Shown: in pieces, positions 17,802 to 28,311 of the stretch
Layout: each line of letters starts with the position of its first letter
Position numbering within the stretch: position 1 is the first letter of the stretch
Assembly (NCBI GenBank): GCA_013204385.1
Contig: JABMNY010000031.1
Span: forward strand, 1,168 to 65,167
DNA: 64,000 nucleotides
Origin: Candidatus Uhrbacteria bacterium
GTDB lineage: Bacteria; Patescibacteriota; Patescibacteriia; UBA9934; GWF2-40-263
Direction: 5' to 3'
Notes under the pieces: model-generated
The model's database searches: none
What the model saw: the letters and a program-made list of their open reading frames with translations, nothing else
What the model was told of the DNA's origin: nothing
Position numbers and translations under genes: made by a program

Positions 17802-17947
17802 AAAACAAAAACGACCCTGGAAGGCCATGGATCGTTTTTAAGAAAACAAACGTAGACCTTCCTAAGAGAGGTCGCGCCACCAAGTGGATTGAACGTTTGT
17901 ATCATTCATAGTACGTTCAGCGTATCTGGATCCCTCTCACCTGTCAA
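17802..17947 (-). promoter_or_regulatory. promoter plus Trp-type transcription attenuator
   Basis: TTGACA-17-TACGCT; leader ORF with WW; alternative stems GACCU/AGGUC, GGAAGGUC/GGCCUUCC; terminator AAAAACGAUCC/GGGUCGUUUUU. Confidence 0.75.
17862..17909 (-). CDS. TrpL-like leader peptide MNDTNVQSTWWRDLS
   Basis: ATG just after the -10 box; tandem TGG TGG CGC; stop codon inside the first stem-loop. Confidence 0.75.
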   Translation of the reverse strand: MNDTNVQSTWWRDLS

Positions 17948-17990
17948 TCACTTGATTCATCTACCCATATCTATGCTAAGCTTTACTCAT

Positions 17991-18407
17991 ATGAAATACA
18001 TTCTCGCTATTGTCCTTCTCCTGTTTATAGGAGTTCTCGGATACACTCTTTGGCCTCAGACTCCACCAGACGCTGTTTCTGGTACATGGGATGCGCAAAT
18101 GGAAATATTTCCATTTGAACGTGCTCCCACCACACAACTCACTCTTCATTGGAAGGCTCCGGAACAAAGCTATAATCACTTTGTTTTGAGTATCTCAGAC
18201 GAACAAGGTCAGCTCCTGAGAAAAGAGTCTGGTGAGCATGACCGTCTGAGTCTTGACCCAGATGCCCTCGAACCTAATACAACCTACCTATTTTCACTCC
18301 AGGCCTGTTTGGATCCAAACTGCACCACCTGGCTGGTTTCAAGCGAGGAAGTCAGAGGAACGACAGCTTCAACATCAGAAGAAGAAGTAGAAGCACGGCA
18401 AGAATAG
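17991..18407 (+). CDS. membrane-anchored fibronectin type III-like protein
   Basis: N-terminal TM; 'LTLHWKAP','LEPNTTYLFSLQAC'. Confidence 0.7.
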   Translation: MKYILAIVLLLFIGVLGYTLWPQTPPDAVSGTWDAQMEIFPFERAPTTQLTLHWKAPEQSYNHFVLSISDEQGQLLRKESGEHDRLSLDPDALEPNTTYLFSLQACLDPNCTTWLVSSEEVRGTTASTSEEEVEARQE

Positions 18408-18544
18408 TAATTCTTGGAAAATAGTAAAAAAAGAGGCTCTGTGCCTCTTTTTTTATTGACAAATACCATCACTTTTAGGTAGTATCCAGCTATCTTGGCT
18501 AGAAAAAGAGGGCTGGCCAGATACTTCCTCCCACCCATACCCTC

Positions 18545-18985
18545 ATGTTGGAGCTGAACGTGCAGATTCTGTCCCCCCTCGCTGGCTTGGCCTCTGCCAC
18601 TGCCACCACCTCCTCACAGGCCTCCCCGGCCAATCTCGAACATCTCCCCCGTCTGCAGACCGCGGCTGATACGCGGTTCATCCAGGAGGACAGCCCTACC
18701 TGGAACACGACCCTTCTGGGCAGGCTCGTGGTCCTGGAGATCTACCCGATCGAATGGAACGATCCTGAAACCGAAGAACGCCTCGAGACGAACGTCGCAC
18801 AAATGCGCCACTGGCAGAAGTACGAGCTCGATGGCGTCGACATGGTCACCCTCGGTCGTGCCGCTCAGACCCTCGAGCGTAACAGCATCAACTGGCGCCA
18901 GGCCCGCGATCACGCACAGGTCCTCACCTGGGCCAACATGGTTGCTCCCGACAGCTCCACCCAGGTCAAGGAAGAAGTCCACTAG
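18545..18985 (+). CDS. hypothetical protein
   Basis: GC-rich ORF between a TTGACA promoter and a terminator. Confidence 0.55.
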   Translation: MLELNVQILSPLAGLASATATTSSQASPANLEHLPRLQTAADTRFIQEDSPTWNTTLLGRLVVLEIYPIEWNDPETEERLETNVAQMRHWQKYELDGVDMVTLGRAAQTLERNSINWRQARDHAQVLTWANMVAPDSSTQVKEEVH

Positions 18986-19080
18986 TACCAGCTCTCCACA
19001 TCACAAACTTCAAACTGGTCTTGAACCAGAAAAACCAGCGTTCGCTGGTCTCTCCCCCGCCTGAGTACGCTCGGCGGGTT

Positions 19081-20484
19081 TTATATTACATCTACAAGGT
19101 CAAACCCTTCTCCATGCTGTTCTCCCAAGACCACAGCAAGACGTGTTCCTTTTTTTACAAGACGTTCTTTCTTCAATTTTGCAAGTGCGGTGCGAACAAA
19201 TGTTCGCTCATTCTGCACCTTCATCACAAACGGCTCTGCTCCCCACCGAATAGACAATTGACGTGCCTGTCGATCTGAACCCACAGCAATGAACAATGGA
19301 AGTTCTGGGCGAGATTTTAAAATTGTTTCAGACCAAGGAGCAAGCTGATGTGCCACAAGGACTCCGCCAATGGATCCACGAAGAGCTAAGAGTTTCACCG
19401 CCAAAGAGGATGCGCTGACAAGGTCATGATCATGATCGAGCGTGAGTCGTACATCATCATACTTTGAAGCCTCTGCTTCCATGGCAATCTTTGTCATGAT
19501 CTTCACGGCCTGCAGCGGATACTTTCCACTTGCGGATTCTCCCGAGAGCATGACAGCGTCCGTGTGATCGAATACCGCGTTTGCGACATCCGAGACCTCT
19601 GCGCGTGTTGGTCGAGGATTACGAATCATTGAGTCAAGCATCTGAGTTGCAACCACCACAGGCTTTCCTGCTTGCCGACACAGTTCAATCAACTCCTTTT
19701 GTCGGACAGGAACCTCCTCGGCATTGATCTCAACCCCCAAATCACCACGCGCGATCATTACCGCATCGGTCACCGCAAGAATTTCATCAAACGCTTCTAT
19801 CGCCTCATGCTTTTCAATTTTCACAATAATACGAGCCGGAACCATTCCTTTTGGAGTATGCTTCTTAATCAGACGTTTCATTGTAAGAATTGGAGCGGGT
19901 CCCGTCACAAACGAAAGGGCAATCCACTCGACTCCTTCTTCTATCCCAAAAATGGCGTCCGCTGTATCTTTTGCTGTGATCGCAGAAACTTGAAGGTTTG
20001 AATCTGGAAAGTTCATTCCTTTGTGCGAAGAGACGATTCCTCCGTTTACCACTTTCGCTTGAATCACTCTTCCTGTAATCCCTGTGATCTTTAGTTCTAA
20101 AATACCATCATCAATAAGCATCCGGTCTCCCTTTTGAACATCTTTATGCAAGTTTTTATAGGTCACGGGTAAAATCCCAGGCTTATAGGTATCGGTTGCT
20201 GTTGTGAAGCACATCACCTCTCCTTGAGAAAGACGCACTCCTGCTTCGGGAAGCTCCCCTAATCGGATCTTAGGTCCTTGTAAATCTCCGATGATCGCAA
20301 CATGTTTCCCAGCTTTTTTTGACGCCGTACGAACAGACCGAATAAGTCGTTTGTGGTCAGCATGAGTTGCATGTGAAAAATTAAGACGAGCAACATCCAT
20401 TCCTGCTCGCATCATTTTTTCGAGCAGAACAGAACTTGAACTTGATGGACCTACTGTACAGACTATTTTCGTTCTCTTTTTCAT
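19081..20484 (-). CDS. pyk: pyruvate kinase
   Basis: 'RTKIVCTVGP','RLNFSH','MIARGDLGVE','ATQMLDSM','DAVMLSGE'. Confidence 0.97.
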   Translation of the reverse strand: MKKRTKIVCTVGPSSSSSVLLEKMMRAGMDVARLNFSHATHADHKRLIRSVRTASKKAGKHVAIIGDLQGPKIRLGELPEAGVRLSQGEVMCFTTATDTYKPGILPVTYKNLHKDVQKGDRMLIDDGILELKITGITGRVIQAKVVNGGIVSSHKGMNFPDSNLQVSAITAKDTADAIFGIEEGVEWIALSFVTGPAPILTMKRLIKKHTPKGMVPARIIVKIEKHEAIEAFDEILAVTDAVMIARGDLGVEINAEEVPVRQKELIELCRQAGKPVVVATQMLDSMIRNPRPTRAEVSDVANAVFDHTDAVMLSGESASGKYPLQAVKIMTKIAMEAEASKYDDVRLTLDHDHDLVSASSLAVKLLALRGSIGGVLVAHQLAPWSETILKSRPELPLFIAVGSDRQARQLSIRWGAEPFVMKVQNERTFVRTALAKLKKERLVKKGTRLAVVLGEQHGEGFDLVDVI

Positions 20485-20488
20485 AGGA

Positions 20489-21712
20489 CTAATCGCCGTA
20501 CTCGGCAAGGGTTACTTCAACATCGATTTTTTGATCCAGACGAAGAACTGTAAGACGAATGACTTCTCCAGGTCGATAGACAGAAATCAGTTCTGCAAGT
20601 GCGTGATCTTCTGAAAGAGGTAGTTCATTCACCGCAATAATAATATCATCCTCCTGAATTCCAGCGAGATCAGCTGGGGATCCTGAGAACACCCCAACTT
20701 CCCCTGGTTGATCTCCTGCCACGACAAGGGCACCAACTTCATACTCCTCTACTGAATTTTCATCCTGTGAAGGAGTAACGAGAACGTATCGCACCCCAAG
20801 CCACGGACGCACAATCCGTCCATAAAGTTGCACATCCTCTACCGCCCGTTTTGCCTCGTTAATCGGAATAGCGAATGCGACAGACTCTCCTTGAAAACTG
20901 ACGGCTGTATTAATTCCAATCACCTCTCCCAACAAATTGATCAATGGTCCTCCAGAGTTTCCAGGATTAATGGCTGCATCTGTCTGAATAGCCTGCTCAA
21001 TGACTTCCGCATCATAGGAGTCTCCTGCTGTGACGCGTCGATTGATTCCAGAAACGACTCCTTTTGTAACGGTATTACGAAACTCAGAAAGAGTGTTTCC
21101 AATCGCAATCACTGTTTGTCCAATGCGAATTGTGTCTGAGTCACTCAGTGTCACGATCGGAAAGTCTTCTCCCTCCACACGCAAAACAGCAATATCGCGG
21201 AGCGGATCAATATCAATCAATTCTGCTGGAAGTTCTTCTCCATCATTTGTCACGACAAAGAATGTCACCCCCTCCTCATCAACCACATGTCGATTTGTCA
21301 GCAGATACCCATCCTTCGTGACAAAAAACCCTGTTCCACTACTCACCTCAACGAGCTCATTCCTATTAGCTTCGGTGGAGGGTTCTGTGAAGTAAAATTG
21401 ATTTCCTAAAAAATAAGAGGACTCACTCTCAAGAACTCCTCGTTCTTTTTTTACAACGATACTTACAACCGCAGGAGTGACACGCTCAACAACAGCAATA
21501 CTCGCACTTTCATCTTCAATTAATTCAACTATTCTTGATTCAACGGCTGCGGGACTCATGGACGTAGAAGCATCTCCAAATAAATGCAAAGACCCAAATT
21601 GAGACGTGAGAAGAAGTGTGGTCGTCGCACCCGCAAGAGATCCAACGATCGAGGAGACCGCTACAATAATCACAATGAACGTTTGTGAGAAAGAAGGAGT
21701 TGTTTCATTCAT
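20489..21712 (-). CDS. HtrA/DegP-family serine protease with PDZ
   Basis: 'GTGF','TNRHVV','DIAVL','QTDAAINPGNSGGPL'. Confidence 0.95.
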   Translation of the reverse strand: MNETTPSFSQTFIVIIVAVSSIVGSLAGATTTLLLTSQFGSLHLFGDASTSMSPAAVESRIVELIEDESASIAVVERVTPAVVSIVVKKERGVLESESSYFLGNQFYFTEPSTEANRNELVEVSSGTGFFVTKDGYLLTNRHVVDEEGVTFFVVTNDGEELPAELIDIDPLRDIAVLRVEGEDFPIVTLSDSDTIRIGQTVIAIGNTLSEFRNTVTKGVVSGINRRVTAGDSYDAEVIEQAIQTDAAINPGNSGGPLINLLGEVIGINTAVSFQGESVAFAIPINEAKRAVEDVQLYGRIVRPWLGVRYVLVTPSQDENSVEEYEVGALVVAGDQPGEVGVFSGSPADLAGIQEDDIIIAVNELPLSEDHALAELISVYRPGEVIRLTVLRLDQKIDVEVTLAEYGD

Positions 21713-21716
21713 AAGA

Positions 21717-22202
21717 TTATTTTTTTGCGCGCACACTCTTGAGAGGCATCTTACGACGTTTAAGTTTTTTTAACTCTGACTCAAATGTTTCTACATCCTC
21801 GAAAGACCGATACACAGAAGCAAAACGAATATACGCCACTTTATCAAACGTCTTGAGATGCTTCATTAAAATCTCTCCAAGCTCTTGCGTTGTCAGTTGA
21901 CCGCGTCGCTTTTTTTGTACATCCCGCTCAATCTTGTGAACAAGTTTCTGAAACGCTTGATCGGTAAACGGCCGTTTCTCAAGAGATCTTGCAAGCCCCT
22001 TCGTCATCTTCTCTCGTGAGTAGGCTTCTCGGCGACCATCTCGCTTTACAACAGTGAGATCTAATAACTCGACCTCCTCCAATGTAGAAAACCGGAACCC
22101 ACATTTCTCACATTCTCGTCGACGTCGAACACTCGCCCCATCTGTTGAAATGCGGGAATCAATCACTTTTGTGTCTTTATGATTACAAACGGCACAATAC
22201 AT
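21717..22202 (-). CDS. nrdR: transcriptional repressor NrdR
   Basis: CxxC zinc ribbon, 'RRRRECEKCGFRFST', ATP-cone, 'VAYIRFASVY'. Confidence 0.97.
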   Translation of the reverse strand: MYCAVCNHKDTKVIDSRISTDGASVRRRRECEKCGFRFSTLEEVELLDLTVVKRDGRREAYSREKMTKGLARSLEKRPFTDQAFQKLVHKIERDVQKKRRGQLTTQELGEILMKHLKTFDKVAYIRFASVYRSFEDVETFESELKKLKRRKMPLKSVRAKK

Positions 22203-22286
22203 ATACTCTATCGTCTAATTCGATAAATCGTTGCTTCTAGTATATCAAAAAATGGCCGATCATGGACCATTTTTTGGACAGACTCC

Positions 22287-23504
22287 TTACATCATCTTTT
22301 TGCGGATAAAGGCTGGAATCTCAATTTCATCTTCTTCTTTTTGTTGCTGAGGGACTTGATGCGAAATAACCGGTCTTGGCGCTTCAACCCTTGGAGGGGC
22401 AGGACGCTCTGGAATCGGTGCCTGGAAGTTTACGCGTGGCTTCTGTTGCGCAGGTTCATCTTCCCGCACACGCAAGAAATTATTTGCAGGGGGCGCCCAT
22501 GTTCCTTGTGCCTGGACTTCAACCGTTCCTGGGGCTTTTGTCCGACGCTCACGGGAGTCAAATCCCGTTGCCACAACCGTAATGCGAACCTCATCTCCCA
22601 TACTGTCGTCAATCGTGGCTCCAAAGATGACGCGCGCGTCTTCATCCGCTGAACTGGTAATAACTTTTGCGGCTTCCGCTACCTCATGCATTCCAAGATC
22701 CGATCCACCTGTAATGGTAAAGAGGATGCCTTTTGCCCCATCAATCGACAGTTCAAGAAGTGGGCTGGCAATCGCTTGCTTTGCAGATTCCACCGCACGG
22801 TTTTCACCACTTGCTCGACCGATTCCCATAAGGGCTGAACCCGAGCTTTCCATAATCGCTTTCACGTCGGCATAGTCGACGTTAATAAGCCCTGGAACGG
22901 TAATAAGCTCCGCAATCCCCTGCACACCTTGTCGAAGCACATCATCTACCACATTAAACGCATCCATGAGCGACGTCTTCTTATCAATGATTTGAAGTAC
23001 GCGATCGTTTGGAATCGTGATGATCGCATCAACATGTTGCAATAGTCGTTCGAACCCATCGTCTGCAATCCGACGTCGTTGAGCGCCCTCAAAGGTAAAT
23101 GGCTTTGTGACAACTGCCACTGTGAGTGCTCCAATATCTTTTGCAAGTTTTGCGACTTCTGGAATAGCTCCAGTTCCAGTTCCTCCTCCAAGCCCACAGG
23201 TCAAAAAGACCATATCTGCTCCTGAGAGTGCTTCACGAATCTCATTTTGATTTTCTTCTGCTGCACGAGACCCAATATCAGGATTCATCCCAGCTCCCAG
23301 TCCACGTGTGAGTGTTTTTCCAATTGGAATTTTTCGAGGAGCGAGGTTCTGATTCAATGCTTGTACATCCGTATTTACAACCATGAACTCCACCCCTTTG
23401 ATGTTGTCACTGATCATGCGATTTACGGCTGCACCACCGCCCCCACCAATACCAACAACTTTAATCTTGGCATAGGTTTCAATATCTGGTTTTACTTGGG
23501 CCAT
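22287..23504 (-). CDS. ftsZ: cell division protein FtsZ
   Basis: 'GLGGGTGTG', C-terminal 'EIPAFIR'. Confidence 0.98.
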   Translation of the reverse strand: MAQVKPDIETYAKIKVVGIGGGGGAAVNRMISDNIKGVEFMVVNTDVQALNQNLAPRKIPIGKTLTRGLGAGMNPDIGSRAAEENQNEIREALSGADMVFLTCGLGGGTGTGAIPEVAKLAKDIGALTVAVVTKPFTFEGAQRRRIADDGFERLLQHVDAIITIPNDRVLQIIDKKTSLMDAFNVVDDVLRQGVQGIAELITVPGLINVDYADVKAIMESSGSALMGIGRASGENRAVESAKQAIASPLLELSIDGAKGILFTITGGSDLGMHEVAEAAKVITSSADEDARVIFGATIDDSMGDEVRITVVATGFDSRERRTKAPGTVEVQAQGTWAPPANNFLRVREDEPAQQKPRVNFQAPIPERPAPPRVEAPRPVISHQVPQQQKEEDEIEIPAFIRKKMM

Positions 23505-23694
23505 AAAGAGTGTTTGAACAAATTAGATCTTCACGAATAAGAGCCTCCTAGAGAGAAAGAACTTGCTTGAACAAATCATGTGCTCAAAAATCGCTACACT
23601 GAGCACTAAAATCACTCAACACTTTAACATCGACACTTCACCTGTCAAGAAAATAAAAAAAGAAGATGTGTATATCTTCTTTTTTCTCTCTTGA

Positions 23695-24954
23695 CTATGG
23701 TTTGAGTGATTTGAATATTTTTTTGAATCCTGAGGTGATCTTATCCATATCTCCAAAGTGTGACATGAGGTTTCCAAACCCACCTTTTCCTCCTGTGCCA
23801 CGTATATGATGTCCCCATAGGACAAGCCCCATTGCCGTACTCATTGCTGGATCGTTTACTCGGTCAATCACACTCGTCACTCCAATCGGAGTCCCAAGCG
23901 ATACAGGAAGTCTAAACGCTGATTTTGCCGCTTCAAGAATTCCACTTAATTTTGCTCCCCCTCCTGTTAGAATAACTCCGGCAGGAAGCATTCCAGAACG
24001 ATCGATCTTTTTGAGTTCTCGATCGACGTGTTCAAAGATCTCCTGAACACGTGCCTCTGTAATATCTGCAACAAACCGTCTTCCGACAAACTCCTCTTCA
24101 GGCGCTCCTAATTCTCCTAAATTTATTTCGTCTTTCTTATTAACCTCATCAGGTAAACAAGTCGCATAATGCAACTTTACTTGCTCAGCAACATCTATAG
24201 AGGTTCTCAGTCCAATGGCGATATCTGAGGTCACGTGATCTGACCCAATAGGGAGAACAGCAGTATGCAACACATCTCCTTCCTCATACACCACTAAACT
24301 TGTGGTAGATGCTCCGATATTCACGACACAAACCCCCAGCTCCTTTTGTCGATCAGAAACCACTGCTTCTGCCGTTGCAAGAATTGAAAACACCAAATCC
24401 TCAATATCAAGCCCAGTACGATATACGGCCTTCGTGAGGTTTTTAATTTGGGACCCAAGCCCTTGAATAATGATTGCATCGACTTCTAATCGGATTCCAT
24501 TCATTCCAACAGGATCCTTTACTCCACGTTGACCATCAACCGTAAAACTTTTTGGAATGACATGAATAATTTCATAGTTTGTCGGTGTTGCCACAGTACG
24601 CGCAGCTTCAATTGAACGTTCAACATCCTCATCGCGAATCTCCCCATCGCTTCTTCCAACACCAATAACTCCACGAGATTCTTGAGAGATAATGTGGTTT
24701 CCATTAATCCCTACCCATGCTTTGCTCAATGGAACACCTGTAATACGCTCTGCTTGTTCAAGTGCTCTTGAAACTGACGACACGGCGTCTTCAAGGTTTG
24801 TGATGGTTCCTTTGCTTACCCCAGACGAAGGTACCTCAACAGCTCCAATAATATGGATCTGTTCTCCTCCTTCTGGTGAAGGCACAAGCTTTCCGACCGC
24901 AACACGGATCGCATAGGTGCCAACATCAAGCCCTGTAAATATCTCATCAGACAT
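23695..24954 (-). CDS. ftsA: cell division protein FtsA
   Basis: 'GLDVGT','DPVGMNGIRLE','ILTGGGAKL'; adjacent to ftsZ. Confidence 0.97.
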   Translation of the reverse strand: MSDEIFTGLDVGTYAIRVAVGKLVPSPEGGEQIHIIGAVEVPSSGVSKGTITNLEDAVSSVSRALEQAERITGVPLSKAWVGINGNHIISQESRGVIGVGRSDGEIRDEDVERSIEAARTVATPTNYEIIHVIPKSFTVDGQRGVKDPVGMNGIRLEVDAIIIQGLGSQIKNLTKAVYRTGLDIEDLVFSILATAEAVVSDRQKELGVCVVNIGASTTSLVVYEEGDVLHTAVLPIGSDHVTSDIAIGLRTSIDVAEQVKLHYATCLPDEVNKKDEINLGELGAPEEEFVGRRFVADITEARVQEIFEHVDRELKKIDRSGMLPAGVILTGGGAKLSGILEAAKSAFRLPVSLGTPIGVTSVIDRVNDPAMSTAMGLVLWGHHIRGTGGKGGFGNLMSHFGDMDKITSGFKKIFKSLKP

Positions 24955-24973
24955 AACTTCTATCAGTATATCG

Positions 24974-25351
24974 TTAACCCACCGAGCTCACAAGCTCCTG
25001 CAGATAAGGATAGAAGATAACTATCCCCACAATCGCTGCAACAATTGAGGCAATGAGAACGGCCCCTGCCATAATATCTTTAATATCCTTAACGATTGGG
25101 TGAATTCTTGGCTTGAACGCATCGACAATCCGCTCAAAAATGCTGTTGATGAGCTCTAGAACAAGCACAGAGCCAATCAAGAGGATAAGAACGATCCATT
25201 GATATGCCTGAACTTGTACAAAGGCTCCTAGGAGAAGAACAGCAATACTGGCAAGTAGTTGAATACGGAAACTTTGCTCAGAGACAAACACGACACGAAT
25301 CCCCCCTATCGCATGCCTCATACTTTTCAAAAATCGTCCAAAATGAATCAT
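24974..25351 (-). CDS. dgkA: DgkA-family undecaprenol/diacylglycerol kinase
   Basis: 'ELINSIFERIVD','KDIMAGAVL'. Confidence 0.9.
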   Translation of the reverse strand: MIHFGRFLKSMRHAIGGIRVVFVSEQSFRIQLLASIAVLLLGAFVQVQAYQWIVLILLIGSVLVLELINSIFERIVDAFKPRIHPIVKDIKDIMAGAVLIASIVAAIVGIVIFYPYLQELVSSVG

Positions 25352-25785
25352 AATCGACTATCAATATCTAAGGCGGTTAATATCTGCTCCTGAAGGAAAA
25401 ACATCTTTTGGGCGTCGGTCTTTTTTTCATGATCGTGCCCATACAAATGAAGCACTCCATGCACAATGAGAAAACAAATTTCATCTCGAACACGATGGTT
25501 CATTTCTTGTGCTTGCCGTTTTGCTTGAGCATAATTCAAGAGTACCTCCCCCTTCATCTGTGTCCCATCAAGCTGAAAAGAGAGGACGTCTGTTATGCGA
25601 TCTTTTCCTCTCCACTCACGATTTAGTCTCTTCATCTGCACTGAAGAGATAAATCCAATTGAGATAGACTCGCTCTTTCGAACGTTTAGTACACGAGAAC
25701 ACTCTTTAAGAACCTGTTGAAGCAATCTAAGAGGTACTCTCTGTCCTCCTCGCAAGAGAGACTGATTCAATTCAGCCACAATCAT
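25348..25785 (-). CDS. ybeY: rRNA maturation endoribonuclease YbeY
   Basis: 'TDVLSF','HGVLHLYGHDH'. Confidence 0.95.
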   Translation of the reverse strand: MIVAELNQSLLRGGQRVPLRLLQQVLKECSRVLNVRKSESISIGFISSVQMKRLNREWRGKDRITDVLSFQLDGTQMKGEVLLNYAQAKRQAQEMNHRVRDEICFLIVHGVLHLYGHDHEKKTDAQKMFFLQEQILTALDIDSRL

Positions 25786-26834
25786 AGTGCTTCTTCGCTT
25801 ACATCTATTTGCTCAGATACCTCTTCCACGCTCACAACTTGAACACTATTAATCATCATTTGAAATGTTTGAAGATAATCAACACGTGTCTTGATACCTG
25901 TATCGTATTCAAACACCATCACTTGGGAACCAAGATCAATATACGCACTTAATTGATCTTCACCTTGAATAAGATCGAGACCATTTTTTGTTGTTCCAAT
26001 AATAGAACGATCTAATGCCAGTTGGACATCTGCCCAGTCTGGTAAGGTTTGCGCTGGACTCTTTTTAATAAATGAAATACGAAATCCCTCTCCTGTCTGA
26101 GCATCTAACACAAGCTCTTCCTCTGTTTCATCTACATCCCAACCTTCTGGATAATAGAATTCATAGGTCACATCTGAAATCGTACTGCTCATTGCTTTGA
26201 CCAATCCTGATTCAAAAAGCGTCCCAAGCGCACCTGGGTTATAACGATGAAACACCTCATTCCCATCTAAAAATCCATCTGAGTCCGTATCTGGTAAACG
26301 TGGATCTGTCCCGTACACTAATTTTTCTTCTGTATCTGTTAACCCATCTGAATCAGAATCTGTTCCTGGAAGAACTTCCACTGGAAATACCTCTACGGCT
26401 TCTGTTGGTTTCTCTACAGGTTTTGTCGTTGACTCTTCTGGGTCCGTCGACGTCTCTGTTGTTGGTGCAGGTCGAGTTGTTGTTGTCACAACAGGAGTTT
26501 CAGAGACTTGTGGGTTCAAACGAATTAAAACGTAACCACCAATTCCTAAAGCCAATAACACCACCACACCGATCACCATGATTTTTTTTGTTGCGGATGA
26601 TTTCCGAAGAGTTGAAGCTGGAGCTTTTGGTGGCGCCTTTGGTGGAAGTGGAACCCCTGGAGTTTTTACTTCAACAGGAGGTTGTGAGCTTCTTTTGTCC
26701 TCAGGCTGGTGCATAACACCTTGCGCTCCATGACGATATCGTTCAGGCATCACAAACACACGAGCGTCCACGCCTGGCGAGGAACTCTGCGCAATAGGTG
26801 GCTGTTCAAGTGATTGTGTTGTTTCCTGAGACAT
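25782..26834 (-). CDS. membrane-anchored protein with bacterial TSP3 Ca-binding repeats
   Basis: 'DSDSDGLTDTEE..GTDP..PDTDSDGFLDGNEV'. Confidence 0.8.
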   Translation of the reverse strand: MSQETTQSLEQPPIAQSSSPGVDARVFVMPERYRHGAQGVMHQPEDKRSSQPPVEVKTPGVPLPPKAPPKAPASTLRKSSATKKIMVIGVVVLLALGIGGYVLIRLNPQVSETPVVTTTTRPAPTTETSTDPEESTTKPVEKPTEAVEVFPVEVLPGTDSDSDGLTDTEEKLVYGTDPRLPDTDSDGFLDGNEVFHRYNPGALGTLFESGLVKAMSSTISDVTYEFYYPEGWDVDETEEELVLDAQTGEGFRISFIKKSPAQTLPDWADVQLALDRSIIGTTKNGLDLIQGEDQLSAYIDLGSQVMVFEYDTGIKTRVDYLQTFQMMINSVQVVSVEEVSEQIDVSEEAL

Positions 26835-26845
26835 ACGAAAGCGGA

Positions 26846-27463
26846 TTAACTTGATTCAGAAGGGGCTTCGCGCAACAAACCATCTCCATTTGGATCATAT
26901 CCCCCCTTTACTTCAGCTCCATCTAAGTATCCATCTCCATCCGTATCAGGATTAAGCGGATCTGTTTCCCATGTATAGACTTCTTCACGATCAAAAAGCC
27001 CATCACCATCTGTATCAGCCGCACGGGAACTCGTTCCGAGCTCCTTTTCCTCTTCGTCTGTGAGACCATCCTTATCTGTATCTAACGCAACAGCAGGCTC
27101 TTCAGGAACTTCCTCAACAATATCTTCTTCTACCACCGTTGTTGAAGTATCCTCTTGCGTTTGCACAGCAGATGACGCAGGTGGCTCTGGTGTAAGGGTT
27201 GATTTTGATCCCAAAATCTTCATAGACAAGAAGAAGGAAGCGGTAACCGCTACAAGGATTCCAACAACAAGTACAATTATCTTCCAAGAAAATCCCCCTC
27301 CTCCAGAAGCACTTTGACTCATCATCTGCGCTGCTTTCATCGCAGGACCTGTTGTTGAAACAGGGGCTTGTTCAGGGAGATCTGTCGGAGCTGTAACTTG
27401 GGGAGCAACTTTATCCGTTTGCTCAAACATGTCTTCAGGGTCCTTTTTTACATCATCAAACAT
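26846..27463 (-). CDS. membrane-anchored TSP3-repeat protein
   Basis: Three DTDxDGL/YxD repeats at the C-terminus. Confidence 0.8.
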   Translation of the reverse strand: MFDDVKKDPEDMFEQTDKVAPQVTAPTDLPEQAPVSTTGPAMKAAQMMSQSASGGGGFSWKIIVLVVGILVAVTASFFLSMKILGSKSTLTPEPPASSAVQTQEDTSTTVVEEDIVEEVPEEPAVALDTDKDGLTDEEEKELGTSSRAADTDGDGLFDREEVYTWETDPLNPDTDGDGYLDGAEVKGGYDPNGDGLLREAPSESS

Positions 27464-27489
27464 AGATTCAATATTAGTTCGTCAATAGA

Positions 27490-28305
27490 TTATTCAAGAA
27501 GACCTGGACCGTTTGGATTATACCCCGAAGCAACTTCATCACCGTCAGAATAGCCATCTCCATCTGTATCTGGATTCAATGGATCCGTTCCGTACTGAGC
27601 CTCCTGTGCGGTCGTCAGACCATCCGCATCCTCATCGGCCTCCTCATTAACTGAAGAATCTTCTTCTGGAACAGCTTGATCTTGTTGAGAGAGAGCGCTT
27701 AACACTAATTCGAGACAGTTCCCTTGAGCTTGTTCATCTATCATTTGATCACAATAGGATCGATCAAGTGTTTCTAAAGCAAGTTGCTGTAAAGGATCTG
27801 TAACAGCATCATCGATAAATTGCATCTGACAACTTCTCTTACTTGAGGTGAGAGAAATTAAGTCGCAATAGGAATGATCTTGCTTGTTAACTGCCAAGAG
27901 TCCATACACATCATCTAAACAATCCCTCATCCATTCCTCATCAGCAATGACCTTACAGTACGTATCCTCTACAACTGTACGAGCTAATGCCCAATGACAA
28001 TTATCCTGTTCTGTTTGTGAATCAAGAAGTAGACAAAGTTCGGACGATGCATGTGAAACAGCAAGATCCAAGATCTTTCCATTCTGACACGATTCAACAT
28101 TTTCAACCCCCTCGCATGCGTTCGAGGCATTCGTTGTAAGCTGTGAGACAGTCTCTTCCATCAAGAAGAATGACTGCTGACGCCCGTAAAATACACGAAA
28201 TAAAACGAACACCAAGACGATGAGAACAAGAACAATCCCGACACCAATCGCAATAGGCTTCCAGGGAATACTCCGTTCTTGCTGGGGATAATCATTCAAA
28301 TCCAT
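27490..28305 (-). CDS. membrane-anchored protein with Cys-pair helical repeats and TSP3 repeats
   Basis: Repeated C-x(10-11)-C units; C-terminal 'DADGLT..GTDPLNPDTDGDGYSDGDEV'. Confidence 0.8.
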   Translation of the reverse strand: MDLNDYPQQERSIPWKPIAIGVGIVLVLIVLVFVLFRVFYGRQQSFFLMEETVSQLTTNASNACEGVENVESCQNGKILDLAVSHASSELCLLLDSQTEQDNCHWALARTVVEDTYCKVIADEEWMRDCLDDVYGLLAVNKQDHSYCDLISLTSSKRSCQMQFIDDAVTDPLQQLALETLDRSYCDQMIDEQAQGNCLELVLSALSQQDQAVPEEDSSVNEEADEDADGLTTAQEAQYGTDPLNPDTDGDGYSDGDEVASGYNPNGPGLLE

Positions 28306-28311
28306 AACTCA

